From the IMG/VR virus record IMGVR_UViG_2563366903_000021: a stretch of 12,329 bases of DNA; one strand, written 5' to 3'. This DNA is from a virus (Duplodnaviria > Heunggongvirae > Uroviricota > Caudoviricetes). How positions within the stretch are numbered: the first letter of the stretch is position 1; every line of letters begins with the position of its first letter. The position numbers were made by a program, and so were the translations under genes. The notes under the pieces were generated by a model, which searched no databases, was not told the origin of the DNA, and saw only the letters and a program-made list of their open reading frames with translations. Shown piece after piece: positions 1-5,853 of this stretch.

Positions 1-294
1 GTGGCGCACGTCTTCGGTGAACGCACTCTGGCCACACTGGAGCGTCTTCTGAGCCTGCTGTCGGCCTTTGAGGTCGTGGTATGGATGACGGATGGCTGGC
101 CGCTGTATGAATCACGCCTGAAGGGAAAGCTGCACGTTATCAGCAAGCGTTACACTCAGCGCATTGAGCGACATAATCTGAATCTGAGACAACATCTGGC
201 AAGGCTGGGACGGAAGTCACTGTCGTTCTCAAAATCGGTGGAGCTGCATGACAAGGTCATCGGGCATTATCTGAACATAAAACACTATCAGTAA
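1..294 (+). CDS. insB: IS1 transposase InsB, C-terminal portion (true start is upstream of the window; the GTG at 1 is only the frame entering the window)
   Basis: Translation ...[72 protein letters not shown] is the recognisable InsB C-terminus; stop TAA at 292-294 lies inside the IS1 right end. Confidence 0.9.
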   Translation: MAHVFGERTLATLERLLSLLSAFEVVVWMTDGWPLYESRLKGKLHVISKRYTQRIERHNLNLRQHLARLGRKSLSFSKSVELHDKVIGHYLNIKHYQ

Positions 295-309
295 GTTGGA
301 GTCATTACC
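287..309. repeat. IS1 right terminal inverted repeat (IRR)
   Basis: atcagtaagttggagtcattacc, one mismatch to the canonical IS1 end ATCAATAAGTTGGAGTCATTACC (from memory). Confidence 0.8.
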
Positions 310-627
310 ATCGCCAGGATGATTTCTCAGATAACAGGAGTTGATATTCAGTATTGCCGGAGGCGGGTCGTGTGGTGCGAGAGGGTCCTTGATTCAGAAA
401 TGTTTTATGCAATGAAGCGAGAATTGGAGAAAGAACTTCTAGTGATTACTGGATGATGCAAAATATTTTTTGTAAATGCGTTGCTTTCGAGAAATGAAAG
501 TAGTATGTTTTGTGTATGCTCGGAGCAAAAGCGCACTGAGAAGCGAAAGAGAAATCCTGATTTACCTCGGTCGTCGATAATATTTAGGATCGGCATACTG
601 GCTAGATTAGGTAAAGGCCTCGGCAGA

Positions 628-657
628 AATGTCGGGGCTTTTTGTTTGCACAACAGG
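628..657 (+). terminator. Possible intrinsic terminator
   Basis: Hairpin cctcggc/gtcgggg (7 bp with two G-U pairs, loop agaaat) followed by ctttttgttt. A weak sigma70-like promoter (TTGCTT 481-486, 17-bp spacer, TATGTT 504-509) lies upstream. Confidence 0.35.
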
Positions 658-720
658 TAAGAGCATTGAACCCGCAGACCTCGTGGAATTGGTGAAAGGT
701 GTGCGCAGTGCTCTTATCGT

Positions 721-847
721 TGTGGTGAAGCTCAATGGCGAGCTAGCAGACAGGCGACTGTGAAAATACTAGTCATGTAGCGGATCGCCGCGCGTATTGT
801 AATCGGCAGCGCACCGATGGGAGCTGGTTCGATTCCGGCCGCCACAA
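721..847 (+). other. Degenerate tRNA-like remnant (intact T-arm and acceptor 3' strand, no canonical anticodon arm)
   Basis: T-arm gctgg-TTCGATT-ccggc at 823-839 containing the GGTTCGATTCC T-loop motif. The 3' acceptor strand cgccaca (840-846) can pair with tgtggtg (721-727, 7/7 with one G-U) or tgtagcg (776-782, 6/7). A D-arm-like gctc-aatggc-gagc sits at 730-743. The only 5-bp anticodon-like stem (802-806/814-818) has loop cagcgca with no U33. Confidence 0.3.
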
Positions 848-966
848 TCCAAACTGAGCCGTAGCCTCTGGGTGTCCTGAATTCATCAGTGATAGTTACG
901 CTGCGGCCTTCTACATACGATTTTTGTGAAAAGCGGGTGGCAAGAGGCTGCGAAATTTTTAAATAC

Positions 967-1185
967 CTCACAATTCCACAGCTTGATGATTGTCTGGCTG
1001 CCGGAGAATTTGTTAAAAATTACATCGCGTGGTGAATCCCCCTCAGCGGCGGGGCATCTGGCAAAGTGTATGATCCAGCGAACATGCAAATTCAGTAGCC
1101 AGGCTGAATTTACCGGGAGGCACCTGGCACCATGCGACAGACAGAAATTAGGCTATACTTCAGCCCCTCTCCGGAGGGGCTTTTC
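967..1185 (+). repeat. Tandem paralogous module, copy A (promoter-like 5' block, conserved internal hairpin, intrinsic terminator); candidate small RNA or vestigial late-promoter/terminator unit
   Basis: Shares with copy B the blocks ctcacaattc, gattgtctggc...tttgttaaaaa, ggtgaatccccct[hairpin]ggggcat, accgggaggcacc(c/t)tg(g)caccatgc and an identical terminal hairpin cagcccctctccggaggggcttt. No reading frame is conserved between the copies. Confidence 0.6.
1163..1185 (+). terminator. Intrinsic terminator closing copy A
   Basis: gcccctc (1163-1169), loop tccg, gaggggc (1174-1180), then TTTT (1181-1184). Confidence 0.7.
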
Positions 1186-1374
1186 TGTGCAGGATGTGTC
1201 ACAGTTTCCTGAATTCTGAGTACTGTCCTGTTACTCAGGGTGCTATATTTTCTGACGTGATGAAAGTCTGCCGGAAGGCGGAACGTATCGGAAATGACCC
1301 AGTAGAGAAAACGTTGACTCAGATACCGATGCTGAGTTACCGGGAAACCGGCATCACATGACCGCTATCCTTCC

Positions 1375-1398
1375 AGGCTCGCTCCGGCGGGCCTTTTT
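1375..1398 (+). terminator. Intrinsic terminator between the two modules
   Basis: aggctcgc (1375-1382), loop tccg, gcgggcct (1387-1394), 8 bp with one G-U, followed by ttttt. Same tccg loop as the module terminators. Confidence 0.5.
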
Positions 1399-1435
1399 AC
1401 TGCAGAAAACAGTTTTCCCGTAAAATGCCACGTTA

Positions 1436-1668
1436 CTCACAATTCAGGCTGGCGATTATTGTCTGGCCAGCGGGAAGTTTGTTAAAAAAATATGGCATGG
1501 TGAATCCCCCTGTGCGGAGGGGCATATCAGCGACAGGTGTTTGGTCACACCCCTTATCCTTTCTGGTGCGGGTTCAGGTGCTGATACTGAACTCACCGGG
1601 AGGCACCCTGCACCATGCATGAACGGTACATAGCGCTACTCTCCAGCCCCTCTCCGGAGGGGCTTTCT
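1436..1668 (+). repeat. Tandem paralogous module, copy B
   Basis: See copy A. The internal hairpin is cccct-gtgcgg-agggg here versus cccc(c)-tcagcggc-gggg in A, so the stem is kept while the loop differs. Terminal hairpin is identical to A. Confidence 0.6.
1647..1668 (+). terminator. Intrinsic terminator closing copy B
   Basis: gcccctc (1647-1653), loop tccg, gaggggc (1658-1664), then tttcttgtt. Confidence 0.65.
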
Positions 1669-1676
1669 TGTTGGAT

Positions 1677-1706
1677 AAAAAAAAGCCCGCGCCGGGAAGC
1701 GCGGGT
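1677..1706 (-). terminator. Intrinsic terminator oriented for leftward transcription
   Basis: On the + strand an A8 tract (1677-1684) precedes hairpin gcccgcgc/gcgcgggt (1685-1692/1699-1706, loop cgggaa). On the - strand this reads as an 8-bp GC-rich hairpin followed by T8. No T-tract follows it on the + strand. Confidence 0.65.
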
Positions 1707-1906
1707 GGCAAGGAATAAACAACAAAACGTGAAGTGATCAATTTTCAGCTGGCGAATAATACCCGACAGTAATCACTCTGCGCAACTGTATGGTCTTTTT
1801 CGTATTGCGGGCTGTAGTCATCCTCCTGTTTCTGAACCCTTGTCCATGACTGACGTCAGCCCGCACCTTATCTTGATTGCATACACTATCCCTGCCGGGA
1901 GGAATA

Positions 1907-3880
1907 ATGGCATTTAAACACTATGACGTGGTCAGGGCATCATCGCCGTCAGACCTCGCAGGAAAACTGACGCAAAAACTGAAGGAAGGCTGGCAACCCT
2001 ATGGTAGTCCGATTATCTCAAACGCGGGTTATGGTGCTGAATTTATCCAGGCTATAGTCGCTGAAGGGGATATGACCTCTCCGGTAGTTTCACCGGGGGG
2101 AGATGGTACCCGGACTGTTGTTGTTGAACCAGAATATTACTTTGTCATTGCGCTGGCCGGACAGTCAAACGGCATGGCGTATGGTGAAGGTCTGCCGCTG
2201 CCGGAGACATATGACCGTCCGGACCCGCGTATTAAACAGCTGGCGCGTCGCAGTACGGTGACACCGGGTGGTGCGGCCTGTGCATATAACGACATCATTC
2301 CGGCGGACCACTGCCTGCATGATGTGCAGGATTTGAGCCGTTTTTCTCATCCGAAAGCCAGCGCAGAGCAGTATGGGTGTGTCGGACAGGGATTGCATAT
2401 TGCCAAAAAGCTGTTGCCCTTTATGCCGGAAAATGCGGGTATTTTGTTAGTGCCGTGCTGTCGTGGTGGCTCTGCGTTTACAGCCGGTGCTGACGGAACG
2501 TTCAGTGAAAGTTCAGGAGCGTCGGATAAATCTGAACGATGGGGCGTTGATAAGCCGTTGTATAAAGACCTGCTGACACGCACTCAGGCCGCGCTGAAGG
2601 CAAACCCCAAAAACATACTGCTTTGTGTTGTCTGGATGCAGGGCGAGTTTGATTTAAAACAGGGAGCGTACGCCAGTCAGCCCGCCATGTTTGATGCCAT
2701 GGTGGAAAAATACCGTTCTGACCTGGCGGGAGTATCCGGTCAGTGCGCTGGTGCTTCTCCTTCTCTGGTGCCCTGGATTTGTGGTGACACGACGTACTAC
2801 TGGAAGGAGACGTATTCAGCGCAATACGATGCCGTCTATGGCGCATACAAAACCAAAGCCGGTAAAAATATCTTCTTTGTGCCGTTTATGATGGATGACA
2901 ATGGTCAGAAAGTCGGGACCAATGAACCGTCAGAAGACCCGGATATTCCGGCTATCGGGTATTATGGTTCCGGTGGACGAACGGATGCGAAGAGCTGGAC
3001 AACATCCGATCGTAAAACCCACTTTGGTTCATGGGCGCGTCGCGGAATTATTTCCGACCGTCTGGCAACAGCCATTCTTCTGCATGTGGGCAGAGTGGCA
3101 GATTTTGTTTCCGGGAAAGTGACAAAAGCCGCGGTTTCTTCAGGCGGAGGCGTATCGCAACCAGCACAGGAGAGTGGCGATACTCAGCCTGAATCCGTTG
3201 TCCCGACAAAGATACAGTCAGTGCTGGCTTATGATGCGAATGCGGAAAATGCCGATCTGGCTTCGCAGGGCTGGACGCTGACAGATGTCAAAAACACGCT
3301 GGTCAGTGACAGTGGTTCAGGTAAAAAAGCCCTTCGTCTTGAAAAACCAGAAAATGGTCTTGCACAGAAAAAGACCTGGAAAGTATCGCACGCAATTGAT
3401 GCCGGTAAGGGGAAGGAGCTGTTCGATAACGGCGGTGAAATCACGCTGCGCTTTAAAATCCCCGATGATGTATCTCTCAATGCTTCTGCAAATCAATATT
3501 CTGCGGGTATTTACTGGCGCGGTAGTGGATGGCCGGGAGCGGAATCAGAGGAGGGTTATATTGCGGCCTTCTATCTGCAGACTGATAAAACAAACATCAA
3601 TGTGATGTATCATGCAAACACCACATCACAGCGGCTTGGTAGTTATGGTCCGTTCGATCACGACTGGCACACGCTGACTTTCCGCTTCCCGGGTGGTGGC
3701 TCGCTGAACGTCACGCCGGTGCTTGATAATGCAGCAGGAAAACCGTTTACGCTGACCAGATGGACGAATGCAGCCTTTGAGGCCAACGCGCTGGCAATTA
3801 CGGATATTACCGGAAATGCGGCAACTTACCCTGTGCTGATTGAAAGTCTTACTGTTGGTGTGAATGCCGTAGCAGCATAA
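1907..3880 (+). CDS. nanS-p: Prophage-encoded sialate O-acetylesterase, NanS-p family (SGNH/SASA esterase with C-terminal carbohydrate-binding-like region)
   Basis: 657-aa ORF starting at ATG 1907 (GGGAGG at 1897-1902); the ORF-track start at 1877 has no SD. N-terminus MAFKHYDVVRASSPSDLAGKL resembles the small N-terminal domain of EHEC prophage NanS-p proteins (DUF1737 by memory). GQSN esterase motif (FVIALAGQSNGMAYGE) is encoded at 2159-2170. Position just upstream of the lysis cassette matches where nanS-p morons sit in Stx and related lambdoid prophages. Confidence 0.85.
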   Translation: MAFKHYDVVRASSPSDLAGKLTQKLKEGWQPYGSPIISNAGYGAEFIQAIVAEGDMTSPVVSPGGDGTRTVVVEPEYYFVIALAGQSNGMAYGEGLPLPETYDRPDPRIKQLARRSTVTPGGAACAYNDIIPADHCLHDVQDLSRFSHPKASAEQYGCVGQGLHIAKKLLPFMPENAGILLVPCCRGGSAFTAGADGTFSESSGASDKSERWGVDKPLYKDLLTRTQAALKANPKNILLCVVWMQGEFDLKQGAYASQPAMFDAMVEKYRSDLAGVSGQCAGASPSLVPWICGDTTYYWKETYSAQYDAVYGAYKTKAGKNIFFVPFMMDDNGQKVGTNEPSEDPDIPAIGYYGSGGRTDAKSWTTSDRKTHFGSWARRGIISDRLATAILLHVGRVADFVSGKVTKAAVSSGGGVSQPAQESGDTQPESVVPTKIQSVLAYDANAENADLASQGWTLTDVKNTLVSDSGSGKKALRLEKPENGLAQKKTWKVSHAIDAGKGKELFDNGGEITLRFKIPDDVSLNASANQYSAGIYWRGSGWPGAESEEGYIAAFYLQTDKTNINVMYHANTTSQRLGSYGPFDHDWHTLTFRFPGGGSLNVTPVLDNAAGKPFTLTRWTNAAFEANALAITDITGNAATYPVLIESLTVGVNAVAA

Positions 3881-3886
3881 CAGACG

Positions 3887-3922
3887 AAAAAAACCGCCAG
3901 CAACAGGAATGGAGACTGGCGG
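3887..3922 (-). terminator. Possible intrinsic terminator oriented for leftward transcription, just 3' of nanS-p
   Basis: On the + strand A7 (3887-3893) precedes hairpin ccgccag/ctggcgg (3894-3900/3916-3922) with a 15-nt loop; on the - strand this is hairpin plus T7. The large loop lowers confidence. Confidence 0.4.
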
Positions 3923-4020
3923 AGGTAATCCCAATGGAGAATCTAACGAAAGGATGCTTTCGACATCAATCATTTCTAAATGAAAACAGTTCTCATTGTC
4001 AACAGTAACGGTAATAAACC

Positions 4021-4215
4021 ATGACATTCATCAACCAGTTAATGCTGTACTTCTGTACGGTGGTCTGTGTGTTGTATCTGCTTTCGGGTGGATACAGGGC
4101 AGTACGCGACTTCTGGCGCAGACAGATTGACAAAAGGGCCGCTGAGAAAATCAGCGCCACTCAGTCAGCCGGAGCAAAAACAGAAGCCCCACTCATTCCG
4201 GAACAACCTTCTTAA
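4021..4215 (+). CDS. Hypothetical small membrane protein (64 aa, one N-terminal TM helix)
   Basis: ORF MTFINQLMLYFCTVVCVLYLLSGGYRAVRDFWRRQIDKRAAEK... has a hydrophobic N-terminus and basic/polar tail. No clear SD before 4021, so start and reality are uncertain. Confidence 0.4.
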   Translation: MTFINQLMLYFCTVVCVLYLLSGGYRAVRDFWRRQIDKRAAEKISATQSAGAKTEAPLIPEQPS

Positions 4216-4240
4216 TAACCCCTTTCAACGAGAAAATCTC

Positions 4241-4531
4241 ATGACAGATATAAAACAACTGGTCACTGCTGAGGCAGTGAAGGAAGTCATTCGCTCTGAA
4301 GAAGTCAGAAGCGTCCTGAAACAAAAACTCCGCCAGAATCTGGGAGAGCGTCTTGATGCAGAAGTGGATTCAATTCTGGATGAATTGCTTGGTGCACAGC
4401 CGGAACCATCCCCGGAACTGCTTCCGGAACCACAGGCGGAAGATGTCACCACGGAAAATGGTGATATTCAGCCGGAGTCACCGGTGACGGATATGACAGA
4501 CACACAACCCGAACCGGGCACAATGCTGTAA
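4241..4531 (+). CDS. Hypothetical acidic, Pro/Glu-rich protein (96 aa)
   Basis: ATG at 4241 with a weak SD (gagaaaa). Translation MTDIKQLVTAEAVKEVIRSEEVRSVLKQKLRQNLGERLDAEVDSILDELL... ends in a PEPxPE low-complexity tail. The ORF-track start at 4067 overlaps the preceding ORF and is rejected. Confidence 0.55.
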   Translation: MTDIKQLVTAEAVKEVIRSEEVRSVLKQKLRQNLGERLDAEVDSILDELLGAQPEPSPELLPEPQAEDVTTENGDIQPESPVTDMTDTQPEPGTML

Positions 4532-4542
4532 CGGCGGGGCAG

Positions 4543-4575
4543 GGCCATCAGTAAAACACTGATGGCCTTTTTTAT
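4543..4575 (+). terminator. Strong intrinsic terminator between the 4241-4531 ORF and the holin gene
   Basis: Perfect 10-bp stem ggccatcagt/actgatggcc (4543-4552/4558-4567), loop aaaac, then TTTTTTATTT. Confidence 0.75.
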
Positions 4576-4607
4576 TTCCGGTAGCACAGGTCTGTCGGGG
4601 CGGGGAT

Positions 4608-4823
4608 ATGTATCAGATGGAAAAAATATCAACGGGCATAGCCTATGGTACTTCTGCGGGCAGTGCGGGTTACTGGTTTCTACAGTGGTTGGATCAGGTT
4701 ACTCCGTCACAGTGGGCTGCTATCGGGGTTTTGGGGAGCCTGTGTCTGGGGTTCCTGACATACCTGACGAATCTGTATTTCAAAATTAAAGAGGACCGTC
4801 GCAAGGCTGCCCGGGGAGAGTGA
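4608..4823 (+). CDS. S: Class II holin (pinholin), phage 21 S21 family, with dual-start motif
   Basis: [71 protein letters not shown] is near-identical to phage 21 S21 as I remember it. Two in-frame starts (ATG 4608 and ATG 4617) match the antiholin/holin pair S21-71/S21-68. Confidence 0.9.
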   Translation: MYQMEKISTGIAYGTSAGSAGYWFLQWLDQVTPSQWAAIGVLGSLCLGFLTYLTNLYFKIKEDRRKAARGE

Positions 4824-4827
4824 TTAG

Positions 4828-5361
4828 GTGACTCAGAAACTCCACTATGGTTTATCGGTAGCCGTTCTGGCGCTGATTGCGGCAGGTGCTTCTGCGCCTG
4901 AAATCATCGACCAGTTTCTTGACGAAAAAGAAGGTAACCACACCACGGCATACCGTGATGGTGCGGGGATCTGGACCATCTGCCGTGGTGCCATCATGGT
5001 GGATGGCAAACCTGTCGTCCCGGGCATGAAGTTGTCGAAGGAAAAATGCGACCAGGTTAACGCCATTGAGCGTGATAAGGCGCTGGCATGGGTGGAGAAA
5101 AACATCAGAGTGCCACTGACCGAACCCCAGAAAGCGGGGATCGCGTCATTCTGTCCGTACAACATCGGGCCTTCGAAATGCTTCACCTCAACGTTTTACC
5201 GGAAACTGAACGCCGGAGACCGGAAAGGTGGATGTGCTGAAATCCGCCGATGGATATATGACGGCGGCAGGGACTGTCGGAATCGCTCAAATAACTGTTA
5301 CGGGCAGGTATCGCGGCGTGACCAGGAGAGCGCGCTGGCGTGCTGGGGAATTGACAGATAA
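4828..5361 (+). CDS. R: SAR endolysin (signal-anchor-release lysozyme, GH24 / T4-lysozyme family, R21-like)
   Basis: GTG start at 4828, 7 nt after GGGGAGAG. N-terminal Gly/Ala-rich weakly hydrophobic segment LHYGLSVAVLALIAAGASAP is typical of a SAR domain. E35-x8-D44-x5-T50 matches the catalytic-triad spacing of R21-type lysozymes. It immediately follows the pinholin. Confidence 0.9.
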   Translation: MTQKLHYGLSVAVLALIAAGASAPEIIDQFLDEKEGNHTTAYRDGAGIWTICRGAIMVDGKPVVPGMKLSKEKCDQVNAIERDKALAWVEKNIRVPLTEPQKAGIASFCPYNIGPSKCFTSTFYRKLNAGDRKGGCAEIRRWIYDGGRDCRNRSNNCYGQVSRRDQESALACWGIDR

Positions 5362-5453
5362 GCAGAATATTTTGCTGAAAAATGCGGTTTGCTCACACGG
5401 ACGGATAACACGAAATCCTGCGAACTGACAAAAACTAAGTGAATAAAAGTAAA

Positions 5454-5490
5454 AACCCCGTTTGTTGGCTGCAAGCGGGGTTTTGTGTTT
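5454..5490 (+). terminator. Terminator-like hairpin after the endolysin gene
   Basis: aaccccg (5454-5460) ... cggggtt (5476-5482) with a 15-nt loop, followed by ttttgtgttt. The large loop makes efficiency uncertain; it could also act on the - strand. Confidence 0.35.
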
Positions 5491-5517
5491 CTGACCTTGG
5501 ATAAGGCAAGGGAGAAC

Positions 5518-5700
5518 ATGGAAAAGTATAAACGAATTCTGTTGAGGTTGACTATGAAAAACGGCCTTGAACTGAAAGCGCCTGTAACTGATGACATCAG
5601 CAGAGCACTGGCTTTTGCCATTAAGTGGGTGGCGGTCGGTGTTGCTGTGTCCCCGATGCTGTATGGGCTGGCAAAACTGGTCATTGCGTTGAAATCGTGA
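5518..5700 (+). CDS. Hypothetical small tail-anchored membrane protein (60 aa) inserted in the lysis cassette
   Basis: ATG 5518 preceded by AAGGGAGA. MEKYKRILLRLTMKNGLELKAPVTDDISRALAFAIKWVAVGVAVSPMLYGLAKLVIALKS has a polar/basic N-terminus and one C-terminal TM helix. The ORF-track start (GTG 5485) lies in the upstream T-tract and is rejected. Confidence 0.5.
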   Translation: MEKYKRILLRLTMKNGLELKAPVTDDISRALAFAIKWVAVGVAVSPMLYGLAKLVIALKS

Positions 5701-5714
5701 AGGGAGGATTAAGC

Positions 5715-5846
5715 ATGTCAGACAAACTCATAACGCTGGCGAAGATCCTCTGTGTAATTGTCGGCATTTCATTTTCACTCATGCTGGTTGCCATTTTCTT
5801 TTCCACCGCCTGGCGAGTCCTGACGTTATCGGGACTGGTGGGGTGA
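5715..5846 (+). CDS. Hypothetical small hydrophobic membrane peptide (43 aa) inserted in the lysis cassette
   Basis: ATG 5715 with a strong SD GGGAGG (5702-5707) at 7-nt spacing. [43 protein letters not shown] is almost entirely one or two TM segments. Start is 14 nt after the previous stop; its stop is 7 nt before the Rz start. Confidence 0.55.
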   Translation: MSDKLITLAKILCVIVGISFSLMLVAIFFSTAWRVLTLSGLVG

Positions 5847-5853
5847 AAGAGAG

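Larger units (their letters stand above)
1..309 (+). mobile_element. IS1 insertion sequence, 3'-terminal ~309 bp (left part lies outside the window)
   Basis: 1-309 matches the 3' third of IS1 (insB C-terminal coding region plus right terminal inverted repeat) at roughly 90% identity from memory of the IS1 sequence. Element ends at ...gtaagttggagtcattacc (309); flanking DNA begins atcgccagg at 310. Confidence 0.9.

Noticed and set aside
776-847. A canonical 72-nt tRNA gene
   Set aside because: T-arm and acceptor stem are good, but the only 5-bp anticodon-like stem has loop cagcgca (no U33, pyrimidine at position 37) and no D-arm fits. Kept only as a degenerate tRNA-like remnant.
405-1089. Minus-strand ORFs 405-653, 732-971 and 886-1089 in the island downstream of IS1
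   Set aside because: No ribosome-binding sites, low-complexity translations, and overlap with the tRNA-like remnant and terminator hairpins. Most likely chance ORFs.
926-1219. 97-aa + strand ORF spanning module A (and the 65-aa ORF 1425-1622 spanning module B)
   Set aside because: The two copies are not read in equivalent frames across their conserved 3' block, there is no SD, and each ORF runs through hairpin and terminator structures. The conservation pattern fits RNA, not protein.
1738-1821. 27-codon minus-strand ORF upstream of nanS-p
   Set aside because: The GGAGG abuts the ATG with no spacer and the peptide has no recognisable features. The interval is retained only as a possible leftward non-coding transcript.
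2165-4027. Antisense and off-frame ORFs inside nanS-p (2165-2398 -, 2347-2583 -, 2502-2846 -, 3229-3480 -, 3626-4027 -, 2691-2891 +, 2895-3122 +, 3285-3605 +)
   Set aside because: All are contained in or shadow the long, well-supported esterase ORF and lack independent start signals.
4562-4789. 75-aa + ORF overlapping the holin gene in another frame
   Set aside because: It starts inside the terminator hairpin and T-tract, and the overlapping frame encodes a clear S21-type holin.
4845-5684. ORFs 4845-5186 (-), 5228-5428 (+) and 5298-5684 (-) overlapping the endolysin gene
   Set aside because: Shadow ORFs of the endolysin. The minus-strand ORF 5298-5684 would also run through the terminator-like hairpin and the first small ORF.
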